A stretch of DNA of 64,000 bases, from positions 667-64,666 of the forward strand of contig JBBQZC010000005.1 in the NCBI GenBank assembly GCA_038208115.1, given 5' to 3'. How positions within the stretch are numbered: position 1 is the first letter of the stretch; each line of letters starts with the position of its first letter. The stretch comes from Candidatus Moraniibacteriota bacterium (GTDB lineage Bacteria > Patescibacteriota > Minisyncoccia > Moranbacterales > GCA-2747515). Of the stretch, positions 1 to 9,156 are shown piece by piece. Below the pieces are notes generated by a model. That model had not been told where the DNA came from and searched no databases. It saw only the letters and a list, made by a program, of their open reading frames with translations. The position numbers and the translations under genes were made by a program.

Positions 1-794
1 GTGAGGTTTTCGTTGATTGTGAGGTTTATTGTGTTGTTATCTGTGATTGGTGTTAATTGGGTTGTGAAAGATGTTTCGTTTCCATGTGCTGTACCACCAG
101 TATTTGAGACTTTTGTGCGTATGTAATATGTTGTGTTTGGAGTGAGGGGTGTAAGTGGACAAGAATATACACCTATTCCACCTGTGCCTGCTGTGCAAGA
201 ATGAGTATACACACCAGATAGTGTGCCCCATTCAATTTCTCTTTCTGGATCTTCGCCTCCTGTATCTGTGACTTCTCCGTTACCTGTGGCTGTAGTGTCT
301 GAGATGTTTGATGCGGGTGGCGTTGATGATGGGGTGGATGGAGGATTTATCGTAATTACATCCAATGTGCTAAACGACCCCTCGAACCCCGGAAAATATG
401 TGTAATGGCTACCTCCATAGGTATTAGAATAATCATACGCATATATAACAGGTTGAAAAAAATAAACAGTATTAGGATTTAAACCGGTGATGTCACAAGA
501 ATACTCTCCAATACCTCCTTGACCAGAATAGCATCTCACTGTGTACACACCAGTAGAAACACCATAATCGAAAAGTCCTTCGAGATTTACTGCGCTACAA
601 GCACCAAATGTTCCAATAAAATTAACACTCAATGTTGCAGAATGATCTGTAATATTAGTTGCTGTTAGTGAATCAAAAGCAGCTCCACAAAATGCATACG
701 CTGAATTAGATATCAAGAAAGAAACACTAAAAAATAATGTAAAAAATATTATTTTTATATAATGCGATTGTTTATACAATTTTAAATTTTTCAT
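1..794 (-). CDS. Secreted adhesin-like protein, two FN3-like domains then the start of a WxL/pilin-like domain; 3' end outside the window
   Basis: Not in the ORF track. Manual translation from ATG 794: MKNLKLYKQSHYIKIIFFTLFFSVSFLISNSAYA (signal peptide) ... GLNPNTVYFFQ ... PLTPNTTYYIRTKVSNTGGTAHGNETSFTT ... NTINLTINENL, open to position 1. Clear paralog of 5110-6378. Confidence 0.85.
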   Translation of the reverse strand, partial: MKNLKLYKQSHYIKIIFFTLFFSVSFLISNSAYAFCGAAFDSLTATNITDHSATLSVNFIGTFGACSAVNLEGLFDYGVSTGVYTVRCYSGQGGIGEYSCDITGLNPNTVYFFQPVIYAYDYSNTYGGSHYTYFPGFEGSFSTLDVITINPPSTPSSTPPASNISDTTATGNGEVTDTGGEDPEREIEWGTLSGVYTHSCTAGTGGIGVYSCPLTPLTPNTTYYIRTKVSNTGGTAHGNETSFTTQLTPITDNNTINLTINENL

Positions 795-1068
795 TATTTT
801 TCATTATTTTTTATATTTGTATACATAATATCATTTTTCTCATTCTTGTACAATTTCTGTACTGTTGCATAGTCAAGGTTACTTTTTGAGGCAAATGCAT
901 TTAAAGAGTCTCTGTTGCTTGTACTATTAAAACCAGTACGACAATATATCATACACTCTCTCATCTAAAAACCTGTTCAGAAATGACTTTTTACATTCAC
1001 ATTTATCACTGAAAATCATTCACACTTTTGTAGACACAAATACTTTAAGAACTTTTAATCACTCAAAT

Positions 1069-2064
1069 TTAACGACGTTTTTTCTTGCGTTCTACTTTAA
1101 ATAGGCTGCTAAATATCAATTTTACGATGATGATACCGAGTAGACCACTACCGATAATGGCCAATCCTTTCCATGGGATGATATAGAATGTCGTTTCTCC
1201 ATCAAGTTTGATGGCGTCGTTTTCAGAATGCATCGCGAGTTTTGCTGTGTATTTCCCAAAATCCCACATGCCATATTCCAGCACTTCCCGATATTTATTA
1301 TTGATTTCTGGATAGAGGATGCGTGACTTCATCTCAACTGTGTGAAATTTTTTGCCAAATCTCGTAATCTCGATCGTGCCAAACATCGGATAATGCACAT
1401 TTCCCGTACTCTGCACCATCGCATTCATTATAATTGGCTTTTCAAAGTTCCATTTTTTTTCTACTGTGAAACTGCTCAAATCTGCACCGATACGCATCGG
1501 CTCATCACCTTGTACTGCGATAATCACAAGTGATCCAATCCTATAGCTCAAACCGATCCGTGACCCATCTCCTGATAAATCACCGCCCGTTGTGAAGAAA
1601 ACGCTGCCATAATAACCGCTCGTAGGACTATCTGCTGGGACACGCACAGTAAAATCCACCACCTTAGCCTCATCTGGCCCGAGATTAAAATCCTCTGGAA
1701 GATCAAACCAATCGATAATATCATGTGCTTTAAGGGGATGTTCAGTATCTGGGATAAAAAATTGCGGTTCAGTACCATCATCTCCGACAAAAAAGTCTTC
1801 GACACCCATGTGGACAAATAAATCTTTATCAGAATAATTTTTTACAACTATTTTACTTGTGCGCTCCTCTCCGCTGTTTAGCGTCCAGACAAATTTAATC
1901 GGTGAAATTTGTAAACCGCCCTCAGGAGGTAGATACTCCCCCGAATTAGCTTCTCCACTCTTCGTCTGTGCATATGCCGTATGAGATAGTCCACATATCA
2001 AAAAAACGGCTATACTAGCCATCAAAAAAAAATACCTTATTTTATTGATAAAAATATCTTTCAT
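1069..2064 (-). CDS. DUF916/WxL-interacting-like (PapD-like Ig) membrane-anchored protein, copy 2
   Basis: Signal peptide ending AYA, GLQISP..L.SGE....I.VKN motif, P..GYYGSVFF, C-terminal IIPWK + TM + basic tail; paralog of 3253-4236. Confidence 0.7.
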   Translation of the reverse strand: MKDIFINKIRYFFLMASIAVFLICGLSHTAYAQTKSGEANSGEYLPPEGGLQISPIKFVWTLNSGEERTSKIVVKNYSDKDLFVHMGVEDFFVGDDGTEPQFFIPDTEHPLKAHDIIDWFDLPEDFNLGPDEAKVVDFTVRVPADSPTSGYYGSVFFTTGGDLSGDGSRIGLSYRIGSLVIIAVQGDEPMRIGADLSSFTVEKKWNFEKPIIMNAMVQSTGNVHYPMFGTIEITRFGKKFHTVEMKSRILYPEINNKYREVLEYGMWDFGKYTAKLAMHSENDAIKLDGETTFYIIPWKGLAIIGSGLLGIIIVKLIFSSLFKVERKKKRR

Positions 2065-2104
2065 AAAATACCGAAAATCATACTAATTATATAATGAATC
2101 TATA

Positions 2105-2143
2105 TTCTCCTCAAACAGACTACTACGAGCTGTTTGAGGAGAA
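2105..2143. terminator. 14-bp inverted repeat (hairpin) downstream of the small subunit gene
   Basis: ttctcctcaaacag (2105-2118) ... ctgtttgaggagaa (2130-2143). Confidence 0.7.
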
Positions 2144-2196
2144 AAAGATGCATTATGCAATACGAACTTTTAATTGCATTTTTACATTAGGCAAAA

Positions 2197-2886
2197 TTAT
2201 GCACCATATGACTTTGCATCTGTTGTTGCTGTATATGTCACTTGACCTGTGTAAAATCCAGATTGCTGTGTAGGAAGGACATCTACTTTGAAACATGTGT
2301 CTACAGTAGAAGTGCCAGATACATAATCAGAATATGCCATCACAGTTTGTGCACTATCAGGGATACCTGAGAATTTGTTTGCATTTACTCCTGTTGTACA
2401 TGCACCATTTGTATCTGTCCAGACGTTAGTATTGATTGTGCTTCCTCCTTTATTAGGAAATTCAGTCATACTAAAGCCTAGGCCTGTACCAGTCCATGCA
2501 GCTGTTTGTATATTTGTTTGATCATATGCTGTTTTGTCAGGAATTTGATATCCTTCTACGTGCTTCAATACGTTACCTGTAGCGGATGTATTGTGTAAAC
2601 GGAGGAAAAATCCATCTTGATCATTTGTGATAACAGTACATTGTGCTTCTCCAACTGCTGGCACGCCAGCTGCTACTATGCCAAGACCTGCTGCACCGGT
2701 CAATGCGATAACAGTATCTCCTGTTGCAGTTGATTTGTCATAGCAGTCCAATTGCAATGTGCTTTGCACTTCAACTTCGAGGTTGACATCACTTGTTATT
2801 GTTTGATCTGCAAATGCTACAGATGTCATCGATAGAGAAAGTGCAATCGCACTTGTTCCAGCGATAATTTGTTTAAATTTCATCAT
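2197..2886 (-). CDS. Small secreted WxL/pilin-like subunit
   Basis: Signal peptide ending AFA; VNLEVEV N-terminal strand; CTVITNDQDGF; four Cys; C-terminal GFYTGQVTYTAT. Confidence 0.7.
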   Translation of the reverse strand: MMKFKQIIAGTSAIALSLSMTSVAFADQTITSDVNLEVEVQSTLQLDCYDKSTATGDTVIALTGAAGLGIVAAGVPAVGEAQCTVITNDQDGFFLRLHNTSATGNVLKHVEGYQIPDKTAYDQTNIQTAAWTGTGLGFSMTEFPNKGGSTINTNVWTDTNGACTTGVNANKFSGIPDSAQTVMAYSDYVSGTSTVDTCFKVDVLPTQQSGFYTGQVTYTATTDAKSYGA

Positions 2887-3201
2887 AATGATTTTTATAA
2901 TTATTACTTATTTATTTTTGTTTTTACTTACGACCAGAGTAAAAATCTCCTTAGGAATATTATATCACACATTCTGAAAATTTGTGCAAGTGATAGTTAT
3001 GCACAGTCTATGCACACTAAAATCATTTATTTATAACCTTTTTTCAAAATTCATACAAATGATAAAATTGCAAGTTTTTTATAAAATTACGTATTGAGAT
3101 TTACTTTGCATTTTTTTTAAATTTCACTATGTACATTTTATAGAAATAATCTAATTAATAAAATTAACTACTTTCCATATGAGACACCAGTACAAAAATC
3201 A

Positions 3202-3225
3202 AAAAGCGGACAAAAATCCGCTTTT
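3202..3225 (-). terminator. Rho-independent terminator after 3253-4236
   Basis: aaaagcgga-caaaaa-tccgctttt with a U-tract on the minus strand. Confidence 0.7.
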
Positions 3226-3252
3226 AAAATAATCCAAATCACTATTCACTGC

Positions 3253-4236
3253 CTATTTCCTTTTAGATTTTTTCCAGTCGATGATAACAAATTTTTTGAT
3301 GAATATGCGTATCGCGATCACAAGTACGATTACACCGCCAATCATCGCTGATGATTTCCATGGTATGACGAAAAAAGGCTCTGTCTCACCAGTAATTTGT
3401 ACAGTCCCCTCTTCTGAGCGCATCGTCAGAGTAGCCTTATACATCCCAAAATCCCACATACCAAAATCAATCTTATCCGTAAATAAACGGATACGCTCAG
3501 GATAGAGGTTTTCTGATTTCATTTCGACAGTTGCGAATTTTTTGTCAAATTTTGTGATTGTAATCTCTCCATCCACTTGATAGTGTACATTTGCAGTACT
3601 TTTGACACGCGTCGTGAGCTCAATCGGTTTATCCCAGAAAACTTTTTTCGCAACTGAAAATTCTTCCAATTGTCCTGCAATCCGCATCGGCTCATCACCT
3701 TGTACCTGTAGGAGGACGAGTGTCCCTACACGATAATGCACTTTGATCTTTGCACTGCCACCATCTGCATCATTTACATCAGCATCATCTGTTCGTGTTT
3801 TAAAAAATATACTTCCGTAATAACTATTAGTTGGCTGTCCTTCTGGTATTTGCACATGAAATTCTACTTCACGTGATTCTCCTGGAGCCATTGTGAACCC
3901 TTCTGGCACATCGATCCAATCAATCACATCATATGCTTTGAGTGGATGCTTTTCATCAGGTACAAAAAACTGTGGCTTGATCCCATCATCTGACACATAG
4001 AAATCTTCTACACTGATCTCAACGCCTTGTGGTACATCGGAATAATTGTGCAGTGAAATCTTCTCACTTTTTGCAGCACCATCTTCCATCTTCCAGTCCA
4101 CGCGCAAGGGTGACACTTGCACACCTTCAGTAGGTGATTCTGCAGCATATACAGGCACAACACATAGTAGCAACAAAAAAAATCCATAGGCAATGGACAT
4201 GTACGGTTTATTCATTTTTTTATCATTAATACACAT
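3253..4236 (-). CDS. DUF916/WxL-interacting-like (PapD-like Ig) membrane-anchored protein, copy 1
   Basis: Signal peptide, GVQVSPLR, HPLKAYDVIDW shared with 1069-2064, C-terminal VIPWK-TM-KKSKRK; true start may be a downstream Met. Confidence 0.7.
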   Translation of the reverse strand: MCINDKKMNKPYMSIAYGFFLLLLCVVPVYAAESPTEGVQVSPLRVDWKMEDGAAKSEKISLHNYSDVPQGVEISVEDFYVSDDGIKPQFFVPDEKHPLKAYDVIDWIDVPEGFTMAPGESREVEFHVQIPEGQPTNSYYGSIFFKTRTDDADVNDADGGSAKIKVHYRVGTLVLLQVQGDEPMRIAGQLEEFSVAKKVFWDKPIELTTRVKSTANVHYQVDGEITITKFDKKFATVEMKSENLYPERIRLFTDKIDFGMWDFGMYKATLTMRSEEGTVQITGETEPFFVIPWKSSAMIGGVIVLVIAIRIFIKKFVIIDWKKSKRK

Positions 4237-4293
4237 AAATACTCTTATATCACGCGGAAAATATCACATATTCATTTCATACGAATCTTTATG

Positions 4294-4327
4294 TTCTTTG
4301 AGAGGAAAAATGAATCCTCTCAAAGAA
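4294..4327. terminator. 13-bp inverted repeat (hairpin) downstream of the small subunit gene
   Basis: ttctttgagagga (4294-4306) ... tcctctcaaagaa (4315-4327). Confidence 0.7.
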
Positions 4328-4337
4328 TAAAAAACCC

Positions 4338-4955
4338 TTAAAGAATTCCTGTCGCCGTATACGTCACAGAACCTTCATAAAGACCTGATGCTTGTGTCGA
4401 TGGTACATCTACACGATAGCAAATACCCACTGTTGTAGCTGTCGATGAGTAATCAGGCGTAGATGTGATCGTCGTATCAGCATCTGGGACTGCAGCATAT
4501 GTATTGGCTGCATCATGGCATGCTGTACCTGCACCCCATTTTGCTTCTTTATCTGGAGCACTATAGACACTAAAACCAAATCCTGTGCCAGTCCATGTTG
4601 TCGGTGCAGCGATTGTACCCGCATAGTCAGCGATTTCAAAGTTGACCCCGGTACCATTTGCATTACGCAACACTGTACCTGTTGCAAAATCATTTACTAC
4701 TGAAAGATCATAACCATCTTCATCATTTGTTGTAATCGTACAGGTTGTACTCGCTGATTCTGGTGTCGCTGCTGTAATACCTGGAGTACCTTCATCGATA
4801 GTGACATCTGCACCACACGCAAGCGTCATGTTCTCATTGACAGTCACTTGGAGATTTACTTGATCACTCGCTGTTGCAGCAAATGCAACTGGCGACAAAG
4901 ACAATGATAGCGCAATTGCACTTAGGCCCGCAATAATTCTTTTAAATTTCATCAT
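4338..4955 (-). CDS. Small secreted WxL/pilin-like subunit
   Basis: Signal peptide nearly identical to that of 2197-2886; QVNLQVTVNENMTLAC; CTITTNDEDGYDLSV; C-terminal GLYEGSVTYTATGIL. Confidence 0.7.
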   Translation of the reverse strand: MMKFKRIIAGLSAIALSLSLSPVAFAATASDQVNLQVTVNENMTLACGADVTIDEGTPGITAATPESASTTCTITTNDEDGYDLSVVNDFATGTVLRNANGTGVNFEIADYAGTIAAPTTWTGTGFGFSVYSAPDKEAKWGAGTACHDAANTYAAVPDADTTITSTPDYSSTATTVGICYRVDVPSTQASGLYEGSVTYTATGIL

Positions 4956-4960
4956 ATATA

Positions 4961-4990
4961 TTTTTATTACTTTTTATTACTTTTTATTAC
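4961..4990. repeat. Perfect 10-bp tandem repeat x3 (tttttattac) just upstream of the start codon
   Basis: Directly visible. Confidence 0.9.
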
Positions 4991-5109
4991 TTTTTTGTTT
5001 TATTCTCGACCCAGAAAAAAATTTACTTTATATTTTTCATTATACTACATCCATCAATTTTTCCAAAATACAAGTTATCCACACTTCACTAAATTTCCCC
5101 TTTCTACTC

Positions 5110-6378
5110 TTACAACACCCCCGTCGCCGTATACGTCACAGAGCCGGTGTATGTGCCTGATGCTTGTGTAGAGAGGACATTGATACGATAACAGATCCCG
5201 ATGTCTGTAGCATCGTGTGTGTATTGTGTATTAGATGTGATTGTGGTGTTTGAGTCAGGAAAAGCTGCATAGTTATTATCTGTGTCATGACACGAGTTTC
5301 CTGTACCCCATTTGGATTCTTTTTGTGGTGCATCATAGATACTGAAAGCGAGTCCTTCTCCTGTGTAACTTGTTGGTGTGTCTATTGGACTTGTGTAATC
5401 AGGGATACTGTATGATTCATTTCTTAAGACATTGCCTGACGTGAAATCATTTATTACTGAGAAGTCGTAACCGTCTTCATCGTTTGTGGTTATAGTACAT
5501 GTAGAATTTGCTGATTCTGGTGTACCTGCTGTGAGACCAGGAGTTCCTTCATCTATTGTAATGTCTCCGTTACAGGAGAGTGTGAGGTTTTCGTTGATTG
5601 TGAGGTTGATATTATTGTTATAGGTTATTGGAGTTATACTGGTTGTGAAAGATGTTTCGTTTCCATGCGTTGTACCTGCTGAGTTGGTTGCGTATGCTCT
5701 GAGATAATATTGTGTATTTGGTGTGAGAGAGGTTAATTGACAGGAGTAGTCTCCGACTCCTCCTACTCCTGCAGTGCAGGAGTTTGTATAGGATCCACTT
5801 GCTGTACCCCACTCGATGAAACGTTCTGGGTTTTCGCTTCCTGTATTACTGATGTTACCGTTTCCTGTGGCTGTGGTGTCTGAAATGTTTGATGGAGAGG
5901 TTGATGTGAGGGATGGAGCAATTACTGCTGGCTCATCAAAATAAAATTCAATTTTTGTGATACTGAGGTTTCCCCAATTCAAATATAGCCGTCCGATATC
6001 TTCATTGCTTGGATAAGATAAATTTATTTCCTGAAGATTGACATAATCATTCGCAATACCGAGCACAACAGTTCATCCAACATTTCTTATGGAAAATTGT
6101 GGGGCAGGTCCTCCAGAAAAAGTCAACCTTGCTTTTGTTGGCCGCTCACCAGCCAATCTCGATCCCTGTAAAACGCCATTATTGTCTCCAGGATCTGAGT
6201 GAATAACAATTTCTGCAGGACAACAATAATTCCATTTACTTCCATCCCACCATCCATGTGTAGCTACAGGCCACCACGTAGGATTTGTACGATCTTCCCA
6301 TGCAGCAGAAACTTGCTGAAAAAACGACATGCCAAAAATTACACAAAAAATCAACAACAGTGCATTATTAGATTTCAT
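5110..6378 (-). pseudogene. Large adhesin-like protein (signal peptide, unique N-domain, FN3, WxL/pilin-like domain) interrupted by one in-frame TGA at 6073-6075
   Basis: ORFs 6073-6378 and 5110-6066 share a frame: ...AAT GTT GGA TGA ACT GTT GTG CTC GGT...; joined product 422 codons; C-domain very similar to 4338-4955. Confidence 0.75.
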
Positions 6379-6546
6379 AATATTTTTATTTTTATCTTAC
6401 TTAAATAGTATACCACATACCCAGAACATCTGTAAAGTCATCGTTATAATACTATGTCATTATTACTGTTTATACATATTTGATAAATAATTTCATATTT
6501 TTTGTTGTTTAATTAGTCTGACTACCCACATAGCTTTCCACATCTA

Positions 6547-7500
6547 TCATATTCCCCCATTTTTAATTTTCATCAATTCTATTGGTTCTGTAAAATATAT
6601 ATTTTCTTTTATTACCTCAACCTCTCGATATTTTGCACCGCCTGCGACAAATTGTGCAACAATCTCTTGCACCTTATACTCCGGCGCACTTGCACCTGCT
6701 GTGATACCGACCTTTTTCACGCCACTAAACCATTCTTTTTTAATCTCTTCCGCTGAATCAATTAAGTATGTCAGACAACCTTTCTGCTGTGCAACTTCTT
6801 GCAAACGTTTTGAATTTGAAGATGTTTGAGAGCCTACCACAAGAACGATATCAACTTCCTCTGCTAAAGCACGAATTGCCTGCTGACGATTCGTTGTTGC
6901 ATAACAAATATCTTGTGCTGGCGCTTCTATAATCATAGGAAATTTTTTATGAAGCGCTTTCATAAGATCTCTTGTCTCATCAATACTTAGTGTTGTCTGC
7001 GTGAGCATCGCAATCTTCTCTTCTGCCCCGTATGGTAATCGCTCTATATCGTCAACACTTTCAATCACAGGAATTTCCTGTCCATATTGTTGTGCTTCAC
7101 CGATCACACCAAGTCCTTCCACATGTCCCTTATGACCAATATATACAACACGATATCCGTCTTTCAAAAATTTATGCATTTCAATATGCACTTTAGCAAC
7201 CAGCGGACACGTCGCGTCAATCACACGAATTTCTCGATCTCGTGCTTCTGCATAATGTGCAGGTGGTGAACCGTGTGCGCTAAATATTGCTATGGAACCT
7301 CTAGGAATATCAGAGACAGATTCCACGGTAACTGCACCTTTTTCTTCTAAATCATGCACTACCGTCTTATTATGGACGATTGCATGCTTAATATACACTG
7401 GCGCACCAAATATGCGCAAACAATCTTCTACAACTTTGACAGACCGTGCGACGCCTGCACAAAATCCTCGTGGACTGATGACAACTACTTCTTCGATCAT
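6547..7500 (-). CDS. ispH: 4-hydroxy-3-methylbut-2-enyl diphosphate reductase
   Basis: SPRGFCAGV, IVHN, FSAHG, DATCPLV, TQTT, ICYATTNRQ, SSNS, TAGASAP; start placed at MIEEVV. Confidence 0.95.
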   Translation of the reverse strand: MIEEVVVISPRGFCAGVARSVKVVEDCLRIFGAPVYIKHAIVHNKTVVHDLEEKGAVTVESVSDIPRGSIAIFSAHGSPPAHYAEARDREIRVIDATCPLVAKVHIEMHKFLKDGYRVVYIGHKGHVEGLGVIGEAQQYGQEIPVIESVDDIERLPYGAEEKIAMLTQTTLSIDETRDLMKALHKKFPMIIEAPAQDICYATTNRQQAIRALAEEVDIVLVVGSQTSSNSKRLQEVAQQKGCLTYLIDSAEEIKKEWFSGVKKVGITAGASAPEYKVQEIVAQFVAGGAKYREVEVIKENIYFTEPIELMKIKNGGI

Positions 7501-7528
7501 ATAGAAAAATTGAGAAAAAATTATATTA

Positions 7529-8422
7529 TTATCGTAACATCCATAAACCTTTTTTGCACGAAGTAAGACCTTCTTCCTGTAATCGCAAAAGTATTTCATG
7601 GCACCACGCTTGATCCTCTCTTTCATGCCAATCTTTTTTGACTTTTTGACCAATCTCATCCTCTGCATAATTACCTTGACGCAGGAGCTCTATGATACGC
7701 CCGCGATAGATCCTTCGTGGCACATGTTTTCCTTTTTCACTACGACCAATCTCTTTGCGCTTATGTATGACCTGGTCGTCGGGACACGGAAATGAATTAC
7801 ATATCATATTTATGGGGCAAAATGCACATCGCGGAGAACGCTTCGTACATATCAGTGATGCAAAATCCATCAATGCATTATGCCAATCTCGTGATCTTTT
7901 TTGTGGAAGTGCATCTGCAACCAATATATCCATCTGTTGCATATCAATATTATTTATCCCCAATATACGTCGAAAAATTCGTACAATATTCACATCATAC
8001 GTTGCTATATTATGATTACGTGCAAATATAAGAATTGACCGACTCGTATATGGACCAATACCCGGAAGTTCTTTCAGAGATTCTGCATTTTCTGGAAATT
8101 GCCCTTGATGATGATCAACGATTAATTGTGCCATGCGATGCACATATAATGCCCGACGATTATATCCGAGCCCTTGCCACATCAAAACGACCTCTTTCTG
8201 TTGTGCTTTCGCCAATTTTTCAATTGATGGGAAAACACGAATAAATTCACAAAATTTATCGATCACTTTTGGCACATTTGTCTGCTGTAACATAATCTCT
8301 GCTACTGCAACATGATAAATGTCATCAGTTGCACGCCAGGGCAAGTCATGTCGTCCAGCTTTTTTGTACCATGCAAAAATTTTACGATGCATGATTTTTA
8401 CATGTTCATCTCTCATTTTCAT
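7529..8422 (-). CDS. mutY: A/G-specific adenine glycosylase, short form
   Basis: R.DLPWR, EIMLQQT, W.GLGYNRRA, LPGIGPYT, Fe-S motif CTKRSPRCAFCPINMIC; no obvious C-terminal MutT-like domain. Confidence 0.9.
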   Translation of the reverse strand: MKMRDEHVKIMHRKIFAWYKKAGRHDLPWRATDDIYHVAVAEIMLQQTNVPKVIDKFCEFIRVFPSIEKLAKAQQKEVVLMWQGLGYNRRALYVHRMAQLIVDHHQGQFPENAESLKELPGIGPYTSRSILIFARNHNIATYDVNIVRIFRRILGINNIDMQQMDILVADALPQKRSRDWHNALMDFASLICTKRSPRCAFCPINMICNSFPCPDDQVIHKRKEIGRSEKGKHVPRRIYRGRIIELLRQGNYAEDEIGQKVKKDWHEREDQAWCHEILLRLQEEGLTSCKKGLWMLR

Positions 8423-8424
8423 AT

Positions 8425-8913
8425 CTATTGCGACCATAAACCTCTTTTGTTATTGCGCGCTTCTTGCTCCGCTTGCTTAAAACTTTCTACATGCATGACA
8501 TCTGGCGGAAATGTCACAAACCGTGCATAGCCATCGATAACCATCTGTTTATTAATCCATAGATCACCAATGTATACGTGACGCAAAAGTCGTCCATAAC
8601 GATCTTTTTCTGATACATCTTTTTGCAAAGTTACATCTTTATCATCTATCAGACTCTTGAGTTGAGCTGTTGCCTCAGCATAGTATACCTTACCCCGCTC
8701 TGGCGTATCCATACCAATCATACGCACACGCTCACCAGTCTCTATATCAAATGTGTCACCATCTACTATATGTGTAACATGATGCACATCCGATGATATA
8801 TCTACAATTTTCTGTGACTGTGGCAAGTCTGTTACATCTATCACATAAAAAATTATCACAGCAATGATGATCGGGATTATTTTTTTTAGTAATTTTTTTG
8901 CTATAATTGACAT
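8425..8913 (-). CDS. Thermonuclease (SNase) family protein with N-terminal TM
   Basis: IVDGDT, VRMIGMDTPE, DRYGRLL, GLWS. Confidence 0.9.
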   Translation of the reverse strand: MSIIAKKLLKKIIPIIIAVIIFYVIDVTDLPQSQKIVDISSDVHHVTHIVDGDTFDIETGERVRMIGMDTPERGKVYYAEATAQLKSLIDDKDVTLQKDVSEKDRYGRLLRHVYIGDLWINKQMVIDGYARFVTFPPDVMHVESFKQAEQEARNNKRGLWSQ

Positions 8914-9156
8914 TTTATTTAAATTATAATGTAATGTAATTTTGAATAAAAAGTGCATCAAAACGAAACCCTTAACCTACAGTGATTGTGAATTATTCTA
9001 ACATAATGACTACATCCCTGCAGATAAATTTCATTTCCGTTGAAATGATGTGTATACATCATAACGCAACCTTCAGATTCAGATTAACTTCAAAAAACCA
9101 TTGCGTTTTACAAAAAACCTCCGACAAGCGATTTCATCTTTAAGAATATCTCGGTT

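Noticed and set aside
6073-6075. Genetic code 25 (UGA=Gly) or selenocysteine
   Set aside because: Long conserved genes have no internal TGA, several full-length genes end in TGA, and I saw no SECIS-like hairpin or redox motif
1-6378. Diversity-generating retroelement acting on the adhesin paralogs
   Set aside because: No reverse transcriptase in the window; paralog differences are not confined to adenines and both copies are coding
7501-7668. N-terminal extensions on ispH, and likewise tuf (41879-41926), grpE and the 58024 ORF
   Set aside because: Longest-ORF artefacts overlapping neighbours or promoters; conserved starts or SD sites lie downstream
8960-9156. Possible ncRNA or 34-aa ORF in an intergenic region with small hairpins
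   Set aside because: No recognisable RNA family motif, weak stems and no convincing SD
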